From NCBI GenBank assembly GCA_050008535.1, contig JBEKML010000001.1, positions 327,050 through 391,049 of the forward strand: 64,000 nucleotides of DNA, written 5' to 3'. Shown piece by piece: positions 45,381 through 55,197 of this stretch; position 1 is the stretch's first letter; the number at the start of each line of letters is the position of its first letter. The notes below the pieces were generated by a model. The model worked only from the letters and a program-made list of their open reading frames with translations. It was not told the origin of the DNA and did no database searches. Source of the DNA: Minisyncoccia bacterium (GTDB lineage: Bacteria; Patescibacteriota; Minisyncoccia; UBA6257; 2-01-FULL-56-20). A program made the position numbers and the translations under genes.

Positions 45381-46604
45381 ATGTATATGCGCACAAAGAT
45401 CGCATTGGCAATGGCAATAGTAGTGGTTACTGCGGCGGTCCTGCCTGTCGTTTTTTCGGCAGGCACGGTGGGCGCCGCGAGCACCACAACCGCCGCCGCC
45501 GCAAAAACACCCTTCTATTACGGTGTTTGGCTGCCGTTTTGGAAAAGCCAGAACGGCGCATTAGATATTTCCATCAATCTTGATTCGCTCCACGAAGTGA
45601 GCCCTTTTTCTTATGAGATGAATTCAAAAGGGGCGCTGGTTGATGATCTGAAGATCGGGAATGGTTCGTGGGACGGCTGGCTCGGGGCCGTACATGATGC
45701 CGGCGTGAAGATCATACCGACCATTGCGTGGTTTGACGGGCCGTCCATCTACCGCTTGCTTTCCAGTACCAAAAAGCGCCAGGCCGAAGAAGATACGGTT
45801 ACCGCACTCGTGAAATCCAAAAAATTCGACGGCATAGATATTGATTTTGAAAGCATGACGACGAGCACCAAGCCCTATTACTCCCTTTTTATACAGGGCC
45901 TTGCAATCCGCTTGCATCCCGCAAAAAAGACGCTCGCGTGCACGATCATCCCGCGCACGCCCGTGAGTTCGCTCTATGAATCAAATCCGTTGCCGACCGT
46001 GCAATATGCGGAGGATTATGTTGCGCTCAACAAATACTGCGACGAGGTCCGCGTGATGGCGTACGATCAGGGAACAATAGATCTAAAACTTGACGCGGCG
46101 AAGGGCAATGGCACGCTCTATGCGCCGACCGCCGATCCTGCGTGGGTGGAAAAAGTGATCAAAAATACGATCGCCACGATCAGCCCGAAAAAGATCATGT
46201 TGGGAATTCCAACCTACGGTTATGAGTATCAGGTCTCGTGGCTTATGGGCGCGACCACCTATGAGCGCGTGCGCAGTTTCACTTACTTTGATGCCATGGA
46301 TCGCACGGACGGCTTAGGCATCACGCCTTATCGCAACAACGCCGGGGAACTTTCGTTCACTTTTTCCTCAAGCACGCACGTCGAAAATGTCGGACCGGCG
46401 CTCACTTCCATTGTCGCTTCTACGCTTCCGACCGCCCTCGCGGCGACCGATCCAAATGCGTCAACGACGTTCTTTGTTTCGTTCAGCGATGCCCAATCAA
46501 CGGCGGACAAAATTGCTTTAGCTAAGAAATACGGGCTCCGCGGGGCGATGCTCTTCAAGGCGGACGGGCTTCTGGACCCTGCGACGTGGGGGATTATGCA
46601 CTGA
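45381..46604 (+). CDS. Secreted glycoside hydrolase family 18 protein
   Basis: Signal peptide, FDGIDIDFE, VMAYDQ, KIMLGIPTYG. Confidence 0.9.
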   Translation: MYMRTKIALAMAIVVVTAAVLPVVFSAGTVGAASTTTAAAAKTPFYYGVWLPFWKSQNGALDISINLDSLHEVSPFSYEMNSKGALVDDLKIGNGSWDGWLGAVHDAGVKIIPTIAWFDGPSIYRLLSSTKKRQAEEDTVTALVKSKKFDGIDIDFESMTTSTKPYYSLFIQGLAIRLHPAKKTLACTIIPRTPVSSLYESNPLPTVQYAEDYVALNKYCDEVRVMAYDQGTIDLKLDAAKGNGTLYAPTADPAWVEKVIKNTIATISPKKIMLGIPTYGYEYQVSWLMGATTYERVRSFTYFDAMDRTDGLGITPYRNNAGELSFTFSSSTHVENVGPALTSIVASTLPTALAATDPNASTTFFVSFSDAQSTADKIALAKKYGLRGAMLFKADGLLDPATWGIMH

Positions 46605-46682
46605 AGCCGGATCTTCGTGCCGGACGGTATAGTATAATGGATGTTTAGGGGTGGTCGCCCCGCTCTTTTTAGATACGACGCA

Positions 46683-47873
46683 ATGCCGCGAATTCGTAAA
46701 ACGCCAAGAAAGAAAGCAGAAGCCGTTTTTTCAAAAAAACGCTCCGTCCACGTCGGCGCAAAAAAAGCTTCTCTCCGCGCCGCCGCGGTTTTGCGGACGC
46801 TCCGCCGTGCGGCAATGGTTCGTGCAAAGAAGGAAAAAAAAGAACGCGAAAGAAAAAAGCCGCACCAGCTTGAGCGCCACGAAAGTAATCCGATCATCAC
46901 GCCGCGCGAGGACCGGTTTTGGGAAATGAAGGCGACGTTCAATCCCGGGGCGATCTATGCCGACCGGAGGGTGCACCTTCTCTATCGCGCGATCGGCGCC
47001 GATGACGTATCGGTTTTGGGTTATGCCGGGAGCGATGACGGCGTTACGGTCACGGAACGCCTGGAGGCACCTGCTTTTGTCCCGGATATTCGTAAAAAAC
47101 CGGTACCGGGCGCGCCGGCTGCGCTTCCTGCGTATTGTTCGGGGGGCGGGTGGAATGGCGGCTGTGAAGATCCCCGCCTCACCCTTATTGATGACAGGGT
47201 CTATCTTATGTATGCGGCGTTTGACGGATGGGGTTCCATCCGGGTCGCGCTCTCTTCCATAGGGCTTGAAGATTTTCTCCGCAAGCGCTGGCAGTGGAAG
47301 ATCCCGGCGATGATCTCTCCTCCGGGGGAGATCCATAAGAATTGGGTGCTCTTTCCGGAAAAGATCCAGGGCAAGTTCGCCATCTTGCACAGCATTTCTC
47401 CCGAGATCGAAATAGAATATTTTGACACCTTGGAAGAGCTTGAGCGGGGAGAGCGGGTCATTCAAAGTTATTATGACCGCGTTTCGCGCACCGGGAGCTG
47501 GGATAACTGGGTGCGCGGCGCGGGGCCGCCGCCCCTGAAAACGAAGCTCGGCTGGCTTCTCTTCTATCACGCAATGGATGTGCGCGACCCCAACCGTTAT
47601 AAGATCGGCGCAATGATCCTTGACGCAAACGATCCGAGGAAAGTGCTTTACCGCTCAAAAGTTCCTGTTTTGGAGCCCGATGCCCATTACGAGAACAGCG
47701 GATTCAAATCGGGCGTGGTTTATTCGTGCGGGGCAGTGGTGAAAGACGGCGAACTCTACGTGTATTACGGCGGCGGGGATTCGGTGGCGTGCGTCGCTAT
47801 GGCGAAGCTGGACACTTTCCTTGACGAACTTAAGCGTTATGGGGCGCCGAAGTTGAAAAATGCCGCTCGTTAA
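46683..47873 (+). CDS. GH130-like glycosidase/phosphorylase with a basic N-terminal extension
   Basis: NPIITP, ATFNPGA, LLYRA, GCEDPR, YYGGGD. Confidence 0.88.
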   Translation: MPRIRKTPRKKAEAVFSKKRSVHVGAKKASLRAAAVLRTLRRAAMVRAKKEKKERERKKPHQLERHESNPIITPREDRFWEMKATFNPGAIYADRRVHLLYRAIGADDVSVLGYAGSDDGVTVTERLEAPAFVPDIRKKPVPGAPAALPAYCSGGGWNGGCEDPRLTLIDDRVYLMYAAFDGWGSIRVALSSIGLEDFLRKRWQWKIPAMISPPGEIHKNWVLFPEKIQGKFAILHSISPEIEIEYFDTLEELERGERVIQSYYDRVSRTGSWDNWVRGAGPPPLKTKLGWLLFYHAMDVRDPNRYKIGAMILDANDPRKVLYRSKVPVLEPDAHYENSGFKSGVVYSCGAVVKDGELYVYYGGGDSVACVAMAKLDTFLDELKRYGAPKLKNAAR

Positions 47874-49788
47874 ACGTTCGCCCGAAAATCCTATCCTTTC
47901 GCCTGATGCAAGATCGGCGTGGGAGTCCGTGGCCACTTATAATCCATGTGCCGTTCTCGAAGGCGGCATGGTCCACCTGCTCTACCGCGCGACCGGCGTG
48001 AAGCAAAAAATAGGGGATCAGGAAGTGGAGATCTCTTCCATCGGCCATGCGGCGAGCAAGGACGGGATCCATTTCGCGGATCGCGAGGAGCTCTTTGGCC
48101 CGGAACATGATTGGGAGCGCTACGGCTGCGAAGACCCGCGCGTAGCGACCTTTGAAGGCAAGCATTACATTTTTTATACGGCAGTCAGGGAGTTCTCCGC
48201 CGACGGCATCAAGGTGGCCGTCGCGGTCACCGAGGATTGCAAAACGATCAAGGAAAAACACCTTGTGACGCCGTTCAATGCGAAGGCGATGGCGCTTTTT
48301 CCCGAGCGCGTGAACGGCAAGATCGCGGCGATCCTTACCGTGAATACCGACCGGCCGCCGGCAAAGATCTGCCTTGCGCTCTTTGATAGCATTGAGGAGC
48401 TATGGTCGGAGGAATACTGGAACAAATGGTACGCCGATTGGAAAAGCCACGCGATCGCGATCGAGCAAAACGAAGAAAAAGATCAGATAGAAGTCGGCTC
48501 GGCTCCTCTTAAAACAAAGGATGGCTGGCTCGTATTCTATTCTTATATCTATAATTACTTCTCTCCGCCGGCGGTTTTCGGCGTCCAGGCGATGCTGCTT
48601 GACCCGAACGACCCTAAAAAGATTGTGGGTGAGGTAAAGCACCCCTTCCTTGTGCCGGAAGAAGAATATGAATATTACGGCCGCGTGCCGCACGTTGTTT
48701 TCCCTTCCGGCGCGCTTATCCGCAAGAAAGAGATAGCTCTTTACTACGGTGCGGCCGACACGGTTTCCTGCGTTGCCATGATGCCGCTTGACGAGCTCCT
48801 GGAGCAATTGGTGTTCACGACGCAACGGGAACTTGCGCGCTTTGAGGGAAATCCCATCATCGCGCCGATCGCGGAGCATAAATGGGAATCGCGGGCGACC
48901 TTCAACCCCGCTGCGATCTTTTTGAACGGAAAAGTGCGTATCCTCTACCGCGCGATGTCCGACGACAACACGTCCACCATCGGCTACGCAAGCTCGGTGG
49001 ACGGCGTGCACATCACAAAACGCCTGCAGGAACCGATCTACGCCCCGCGCGAAGATTTTGAACAGAAAAATGTGCCGGGAGCGAATTCCGGCTGCGAGGA
49101 CCCGCGCCTTACGCAGATAGGGGACACGATCTACATGTGCTACACCGCGTTTGACGGAAAAGGCCCGCCGCGCGTGGCGTTCACCTCTATCACCGCCAAA
49201 GATTTCGACGATCATAAATGGAACTGGACCAAAGCCGTTCTTATCTCGCCGCCCGGTTTGGAAGACAAAGACGCCGCGCTGTTCCCGAAAAAGATCGGCG
49301 GCAAATACTGGTTCCTCCACCGCCTCGGTTCGGATATCTGGATCGATTCTACGGAGAACCTCGATTTTGATGGCAAGACCAAATTCCTCGGCGGGAAGAT
49401 CCTCATGCAGCCGCGCGCGAGCGAATGGGATTCAAAACGGATCGGCGGCACCTCGCCGCCCATCGAGACCGAATACGGATGGCTGCTTTTCTACCACGGC
49501 ATCTCGCGCCGCACGAATCACTATAACGTCCGCGCGGCACTCCTTGACCTTAAAGACCCGACGCTTGTGCTCTACCGGACGCACGACCCGCTTTTGGAAC
49601 CCGATATGCCTTATGAAAAACAAGGAATGGTCTCAAACGTCGTCTTCCCCTGCGGCGCGGTGATGATGAAAAACCAGCTCTATGTGTATTACGGAGGAGC
49701 GGACAAGTTCGTCTGTGTGGCGACGCTTGACATGAACGTCATCGTCCAGGGCCTCGTGCGCGAAGCGAAGTCCCAAAAACAGCAGTAA
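47860..49788 (+). CDS. Tandem two-domain GH130-like glycosidase/phosphorylase
   Basis: Two copies of NP..P/YRA/GCEDPR/VVFP.G/YYG.AD. Confidence 0.9.
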   Translation: MPLVKRSPENPILSPDARSAWESVATYNPCAVLEGGMVHLLYRATGVKQKIGDQEVEISSIGHAASKDGIHFADREELFGPEHDWERYGCEDPRVATFEGKHYIFYTAVREFSADGIKVAVAVTEDCKTIKEKHLVTPFNAKAMALFPERVNGKIAAILTVNTDRPPAKICLALFDSIEELWSEEYWNKWYADWKSHAIAIEQNEEKDQIEVGSAPLKTKDGWLVFYSYIYNYFSPPAVFGVQAMLLDPNDPKKIVGEVKHPFLVPEEEYEYYGRVPHVVFPSGALIRKKEIALYYGAADTVSCVAMMPLDELLEQLVFTTQRELARFEGNPIIAPIAEHKWESRATFNPAAIFLNGKVRILYRAMSDDNTSTIGYASSVDGVHITKRLQEPIYAPREDFEQKNVPGANSGCEDPRLTQIGDTIYMCYTAFDGKGPPRVAFTSITAKDFDDHKWNWTKAVLISPPGLEDKDAALFPKKIGGKYWFLHRLGSDIWIDSTENLDFDGKTKFLGGKILMQPRASEWDSKRIGGTSPPIETEYGWLLFYHGISRRTNHYNVRAALLDLKDPTLVLYRTHDPLLEPDMPYEKQGMVSNVVFPCGAVMMKNQLYVYYGGADKFVCVATLDMNVIVQGLVREAKSQKQQ

Positions 49789-49795
49789 TCCGCAG

Positions 49796-50290
49796 CTATT
49801 TGCGCGAGAGCGCTTTATCCACGACGATCACGACGTCCGCATAGCTCACGCCGAATTTGAGCGCCGCGGCTTTCGTTGGCATCCATATGTCCACCACATC
49901 TTTCATGCGCCGGTTCATGCGGTCTTCCACGGTGAAAACCTTATTTCCAAAGAGCGACGGGATCTTTATTTTCGTTCCGAAGGGAAAAAAATTGCTCGCG
50001 ACGATCCCATCGCGGACGTGCATACCGTTCGCGGTGATGGAGGGAGTAGAGTCGGTTTCGTCGGGGGAGCTTGAATATGCCGTCACCCGCAGATAAAGCG
50101 AGAAGGCGGGCCCGGCCGCTTCGGCTAACGTTCCGGCCGTTACGCTGGCCACGCTAGCGCTAGCCTGGCTCGTGGCCCCGCCAACCTGCGGCGCAACATA
50201 ATCCGCCTTAATAATGGCGGGCACAAAGGTGGCCGCAAAGGTGGCTGCAATGGTCGCAAAAACACATACCCTTCTGATCAGTTTCTTCAT
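49796..50290 (-). CDS. 3D-domain (MltA-like) cell wall protein
   Basis: VTAYSSSPDETD, PFGTKIKI, VEDRM, VDIWM. Confidence 0.9.
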   Translation of the reverse strand: MKKLIRRVCVFATIAATFAATFVPAIIKADYVAPQVGGATSQASASVASVTAGTLAEAAGPAFSLYLRVTAYSSSPDETDSTPSITANGMHVRDGIVASNFFPFGTKIKIPSLFGNKVFTVEDRMNRRMKDVVDIWMPTKAAALKFGVSYADVVIVVDKALSRK

Positions 50291-50398
50291 GTTTCCTAAC
50301 AAAAACGCCCCTCTCGGGGCTTATCACGTCTCTATTTTTTCGACGGGGATAGTATAGCGCAGAATGCAAAAAAACGCAAGGGGCACCCCGGAGGCCCG

Positions 50399-50620
50399 CT
50401 AAAACAGCTTCGGGGTCGTAGGGAAGGCGCTTTCTTTGGGGATTTTGACTTTCCGGTCTATCATTTTTTGCAGGTCTGCTACGCGCACCTTCCAGTGCTT
50501 GCCGATCTTGAAGCCGGGGAGCTTGCCTCGTTTGCACCAGCCCCAGATCGTCTTTTTTGTCACGCCAAAGAATTTGGCGAGTTTCTCGGCGTTATAGATG
50601 GACTCCTCCTTCTTCCTCAC
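50399..50620 (-). CDS. Excisionase-family helix-turn-helix protein
   Basis: LAKFFGVTKKTIWGWCKRGKLPGFKIGKHWKV. Confidence 0.85.
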   Translation of the reverse strand: MRKKEESIYNAEKLAKFFGVTKKTIWGWCKRGKLPGFKIGKHWKVRVADLQKMIDRKVKIPKESAFPTTPKLF

Positions 50621-50657
50621 ATAAAGATTATAGCACTTCCTGTGCTACTATATTTTC

Positions 50658-51953
50658 ATGGCTAAGGGCAGGTTCTATTTTGACCATGCCGCGACGACGC
50701 CGCTTGATCCCGCAGTGCTGCGCGCGATGAAACCGTATTTTACGGATGATTTTGGCAATCCTTCCAACCTGTATGGCTTCGGGCGCAAGGCGAAAGCGGC
50801 CATCGCCGCGGCGGCGAAGAAAATAAGCGCTGCGCTTGGATGCGCCCCATCGGAATTTATTTTTACGGGCTCCGCGACCGAATCGGATAATATGGCGATC
50901 GCGGGCGTCGCGCGGGCGAACCGACGGACTGGCGGAAACGGCGCGGCGGGCGGCGCGGGCAAGATCATCGTTTCAAACGTGGAACACAAAGGCATCCTTT
51001 CCGTCTGCGACGCGCTTCGCGAAGAAGGATTTGAAATTGAATATTTGAAGGTGGGCCGCGACGGATTGGTAAATCCGCGCGACCTCACAAAAATGCTGGG
51101 CGAAAAAACCATTTTGGTTTCCGTAACGTATGCCGACAGCGAGACCGGCACGATCCAACCGATCGCGGAACTTGCAAAGGTGATCAAGAAATTCCGCGCC
51201 AAAACAAAGAGCGCGCTGCCATATTTCCATACTGATGCGAGCCAGGCGGCGGCATATTTGGACATCAACGTTCAGAAATTGGGGGTTGATCTCCTCACGC
51301 TCTCGGCGCACAAGCTCTACGGGCCGAAGGGCGTGGGCGGGCTCTACGTGCGGCGCGGCGTAAGGATGGTGCCGATCATCTATGGGGGCGGCCAGCAGGA
51401 CCGGCTTCGCTCGGGCACGGAGAACGTCCCTGCGATCGTCGGTTTCGGCGAGGCGGTGGCGCTCGCAGCAAAACATCGCAAAACCGAGGCGGCGCGCGTG
51501 AAAAACCTGCGCGACGCGCTCCAAAAAGGCATTTCTAAAAAGATCCCGAAAGTGGTCCTGAACGGCCATCCAACGAAGCGCCTCCCGAACTTTTTGAACA
51601 TCTCCATTTTGGACATTGAGGGCGAGGCGCTGCTTTTGTATCTTGATGAGCTGGGGATCATGGTGAACACCGGCTCCGCCTGCAATTCGGAGAGTTTGGA
51701 GCCGTCGTACGTACTCATGGCGCTCGGCAACCCGTATGAATATGCGCATGGCAGCGCCCGCTTCACGCTTGGGAAGGGGACCACGCCCGCCGCCGTCAAT
51801 TATGTTCTAAAGCACCTGCCTGAAGTTGTGGTAAAATTGCGGAACATCTCGCCGCTCAATCTAAAACTCGGCGAGAAGAAGATAACGTCCCAGCCGAAGG
51901 CCTTTATCGGCGGCCAAACGCCGCACTTTTTGAGGAAAAAACAAAGGGGTTGA
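50658..51953 (+). CDS. iscS: Cysteine desulfurase IscS/NifS
   Basis: YFDHAATTP, GNPS, SAHKLYGPKGVG, RSGTEN, TGSAC. Confidence 0.95.
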   Translation: MAKGRFYFDHAATTPLDPAVLRAMKPYFTDDFGNPSNLYGFGRKAKAAIAAAAKKISAALGCAPSEFIFTGSATESDNMAIAGVARANRRTGGNGAAGGAGKIIVSNVEHKGILSVCDALREEGFEIEYLKVGRDGLVNPRDLTKMLGEKTILVSVTYADSETGTIQPIAELAKVIKKFRAKTKSALPYFHTDASQAAAYLDINVQKLGVDLLTLSAHKLYGPKGVGGLYVRRGVRMVPIIYGGGQQDRLRSGTENVPAIVGFGEAVALAAKHRKTEAARVKNLRDALQKGISKKIPKVVLNGHPTKRLPNFLNISILDIEGEALLLYLDELGIMVNTGSACNSESLEPSYVLMALGNPYEYAHGSARFTLGKGTTPAAVNYVLKHLPEVVVKLRNISPLNLKLGEKKITSQPKAFIGGQTPHFLRKKQRG

Positions 51954-51957
51954 AATT

Positions 51958-52530
51958 ATGAAATTTGACGAAGAAAGGTTAATACAAATTGCCAAGCCCT
52001 ATATTAAAAAAGGGCGGGCAGGCGATTGGGAGCATGCCCAGGCAGCGGTTGAATGGGTAAAGAAATTAGGGGCGGGGCGAGATGATTTGAATTTGCTTAT
52101 TTCTGCCGCCTACATACATGATATCGGTTGGTCGGGAATCGGCATGGGGAAAAAACTGGATTTAAACGGGGTACTTGAATTTGGTCCTCAAGCAAACAAA
52201 AATTCTCAAGCACTGGTTTCTAAAGTTCTATCTAGTTTGGATTTCAGTGGGTCAGAAATTGAAACGGCAAATCGCCTGGTCGCAGCGGCCGACAAGCATT
52301 ACGCCGAAAAGGAGGATGAAGCCATAATTGTGGACGCAGATAATTTAAGCAAGCTAACAATGGAACAACTCCGAGAGAAATATGAGCCAAAAGAATTTTT
52401 GAAGCTTATAGATCGCTGGGAGGCCGAGATGCCGAAAAGAATAAAAACCGAAATCGGGAAAAACACGTATCCCAAAGCCTTAAAGGATTTAAGGGAGCAA
52501 ATCAACAAAAATGCCAACGAAAAGATCTAA
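51958..52530 (+). CDS. HD domain protein
   Basis: WEH...AAYIHDIGW...DAD; AT-rich. Confidence 0.85.
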   Translation: MKFDEERLIQIAKPYIKKGRAGDWEHAQAAVEWVKKLGAGRDDLNLLISAAYIHDIGWSGIGMGKKLDLNGVLEFGPQANKNSQALVSKVLSSLDFSGSEIETANRLVAAADKHYAEKEDEAIIVDADNLSKLTMEQLREKYEPKEFLKLIDRWEAEMPKRIKTEIGKNTYPKALKDLREQINKNANEKI

Positions 52531-53194
52531 GCCGGATGTGGTGAACCGATTCACGGGCGGAAGCTGGGCGTATTCAAACATAGTAAAAAACCACTTCTTC
52601 AACCCGCGGAATTTGCTGTGGAAGATGCCGGATAAAAAAGAGAGCAAGAGATTTGACGCGGAGGGGATCGTGGGGAGCCCTGCCTGCGGCGACGTCATGC
52701 GCGTATGGCTCAAAATTGACCCGAAAACGGAGAGGATAAAGGAATTTAAATGGCGGACGTTCGGATGCGCGAGCGCGGTCGCCGCCACCTCCATGCTTTC
52801 CGTGATGGTGACGGAAAAAGGCGGGATGAAAATAGCGAAGGCGCTCGCGATTAGGCCGCAGGACATCATGAAGCGCCTGGGCGGATTGCCGGACCGGAAG
52901 GTGCATTGCTCGGTTCTGGGCGATAAAGCACTGCGCTCGGCGATCAACGATTGGTTCAAAAAACGCGGAAAATTTGATAGAATTCTTACGGAGGGCGCGC
53001 GCATCATTGATCCGAACACAAAAGTGACCGAAGCGGACATTGAGGAAGCGGTGGTTGAGGGCGCGATAACCCTGGACGCCGTCCAGAAACGGACAAAGGT
53101 CGGCGTGGGCTACAAAGAATGCCTTCCGCAGGTGGAGGAATTGATCCGGTTCTATCGCGAAAAATATTATGGCACGGACCGCCGTAGAAAATAA
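52511..53194 (+). CDS. iscU: IscU/NifU scaffold with a degenerate BFD-like C-terminal domain
   Basis: HFFNPRN, GSPACGD, FGCASA, KVHCS. Confidence 0.92.
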   Translation: MPTKRSKPDVVNRFTGGSWAYSNIVKNHFFNPRNLLWKMPDKKESKRFDAEGIVGSPACGDVMRVWLKIDPKTERIKEFKWRTFGCASAVAATSMLSVMVTEKGGMKIAKALAIRPQDIMKRLGGLPDRKVHCSVLGDKALRSAINDWFKKRGKFDRILTEGARIIDPNTKVTEADIEEAVVEGAITLDAVQKRTKVGVGYKECLPQVEELIRFYREKYYGTDRRRK

Positions 53195-53414
53195 AATAGG
53201 GGAAATTTTGGACAAGGTGCGGCCGTACATCCAGATGCACGGCGGCGACGTTCATTTGGCGGGCGTTGACTTGGGCGAAGGCGTGGTCCGGCTCATGGTG
53301 AGCGGCAAATGCGTGGACTGCCCGTGGGTCGAGCTCACGTACGAAAAAATGATCGGGGAGCTTTTGAAAAAAGAAATTTCGGAGGTAAAAGAAGTGGTGG
53401 TTGAACTATCGTAA
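53169..53414 (+). CDS. NifU C-terminal (Nfu) domain protein
   Basis: VRPYIQMHGGDV, GKCVDCP. Confidence 0.88.
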   Translation: MARTAVENKIGEILDKVRPYIQMHGGDVHLAGVDLGEGVVRLMVSGKCVDCPWVELTYEKMIGELLKKEISEVKEVVVELS

Positions 53415-53422
53415 AAAAATCT

Positions 53423-53692
53423 ATGGCAAATCAAGTGGAATATAAGCGGACAAAAGCGGGTTCAAAGATCGCGAAGATCGTAGTGGACAAGGACCTTTGC
53501 ATCGGCGCGGCATCATGCATCGCCGTTGCGGGAACGACCTTTGAACTTGGCGCGGACAATAAAGTGGTCGTCGTCGCCAGCGGCGGCGCGGATGCGGCCG
53601 ACGACGAGACGCTCATTCTTGCCGCGGAATCCTGCCCCACAAAGGCGATCCTGCTTTTTGACGCGGCGGGAAATCAGATATACCCGAAATAA
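53423..53692 (+). CDS. Ferredoxin, monocluster and probably 3Fe-4S
   Basis: CIGAASC...SCPTKAI (CxxAxxC...CP). Confidence 0.88.
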   Translation: MANQVEYKRTKAGSKIAKIVVDKDLCIGAASCIAVAGTTFELGADNKVVVVASGGADAADDETLILAAESCPTKAILLFDAAGNQIYPK

Positions 53693-53694
53693 CA

Positions 53695-54927
53695 GTGGAA
53701 ACGTTTAAATATTTGATCGTCGGCGGCGGCGTTGCGGGCGCGACGGCTGCGGAGACCATCCGCGAGCACGATCCGGCGGGTACGATCGGCCTCGTGAACG
53801 AGGAGCCGTACACTTTGTATTCGCGGGTGATGCTTTCCAAGCCGGGGTTTTTCCTTGAGAAAATTCCCTTTGACAGCATCTGGCTTAAAAACCAGGAATG
53901 GTATCAAAAAAACAACATCACGTTCCTCGGCGGGAAAAAAGCGGTCGGATTGGACACAAAGGAAAAAACGCTGACGTTTGAAGGCGGCGATAAGGTCGGC
54001 TACGGGAAGCTCCTCCTTGCCACGGGCGTCTGCGCGCGGACGTGGGAGGTGGAAGGCGCGGAAAAGCAGGGCGTCTATTACCTCCACGCGCTTGATGACG
54101 CAAAAAAGATCATCGCGGCGATCAAGACCGCAAAGAAAGCAATTACGATCGGAAGCGGCTTCATCAGCTTTGAAATGTCCGATCTTTTGCGCATGGCCGG
54201 CTTGGAAGTGACGGCGGTCTATTTGGAAGATTATTACTGGCAGCAGACATTGGACGAAGTTTCGGGGAAAATGGTGGAGGCGGCGCTTGAGCGGATGGGG
54301 GTGAAACTCATGAGAAAATCGGCGGTGGCGAAAGTGCTGGGGACCGGGAAGGTGGAGGGCGTCGTTTTGAAGAACGGCCTCTCGATCCCGTGCGACATGA
54401 TCGTCTGCGGCATTGGCGCCTACTGCGCGTTTGATTGGCTGAAGAACGCGGGCATTGCGGTGAACCGCGGCATTTTGGCAAACGAATATCTGGAAACGAA
54501 CGTGCCGGACGTCTGGGCCGCCGGCGATGCCGCAGAGTTCAAAGACATCATCGCGGAAGAAGTGGTGCAAGAAGGCAATTGGGTGAATGCGCACGAACAG
54601 GGGAGGATCGCGGCGCTCAACATGACAGGTACCAAAGAACCATTCAAATTCGTTTCATTTTATACCACGCAGGGTTCCGGCATCACGATCGCATTCGCGG
54701 GCGACGTCCGGCCCCTGCCTGACCGCACGATCATCCATCGCGGCTCGCCCCAGGCCAATTCCTACGTGCGGCTCCTTGTTGTGGGCTATGAACTCGTCGG
54801 CGCCACCCTGATCAACCGCACACAGGAACTCACGACCATCACAAATCTCATTAAGAATAACGTGGACGTGTCGGGGAAACTGGACAAGCTTGCGGATCCG
54901 AATTTTGATCTGAAGACGCTGTTATAG
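53695..54927 (+). CDS. FAD-dependent pyridine nucleotide oxidoreductase (ferredoxin reductase-like)
   Basis: IVGGGVAG, LLLATG, IGSGFIS, VWAAGD. Confidence 0.9.
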   Translation: METFKYLIVGGGVAGATAAETIREHDPAGTIGLVNEEPYTLYSRVMLSKPGFFLEKIPFDSIWLKNQEWYQKNNITFLGGKKAVGLDTKEKTLTFEGGDKVGYGKLLLATGVCARTWEVEGAEKQGVYYLHALDDAKKIIAAIKTAKKAITIGSGFISFEMSDLLRMAGLEVTAVYLEDYYWQQTLDEVSGKMVEAALERMGVKLMRKSAVAKVLGTGKVEGVVLKNGLSIPCDMIVCGIGAYCAFDWLKNAGIAVNRGILANEYLETNVPDVWAAGDAAEFKDIIAEEVVQEGNWVNAHEQGRIAALNMTGTKEPFKFVSFYTTQGSGITIAFAGDVRPLPDRTIIHRGSPQANSYVRLLVVGYELVGATLINRTQELTTITNLIKNNVDVSGKLDKLADPNFDLKTLL

Positions 54928-55125
54928 CGGCTCAACTATGAAAACGGAGAGCGGTTGACAAGAAAATCAAAAAATGTAAAGTGGGATTTTACATCAGTGC
55001 TGGACGTCTATCTGCGGACCTACGCCAAGTATCGGAAAAGTGACCACGGAAATACATTCCGCTATTAATTGGTGCCGCCGCGGGAAATCCTTCAGTGTAT
55101 TGATTCCTCCTCCTTTTTAAGGGTA

Positions 55126-55160
55126 TTGACTATTTTGTAAATATGCCCTATCCTTACAAA
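55126..55160 (+). promoter_or_regulatory. Promoter of the candidate defence operon with an overlapping inverted repeat
   Basis: TTGACT-N17-TATCCT; TTTGTAA-N13-TTACAAA dyad. Confidence 0.55.
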
Positions 55161-55197
55161 TAGGTCGTGTTCTATATAAATTATTAGCCCATTTAAT

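Noticed and set aside
50399-50620. Excisionase as a prophage marker
   Set aside because: No integrase or phage genes adjacent; stand-alone HTH genes of this type are common.
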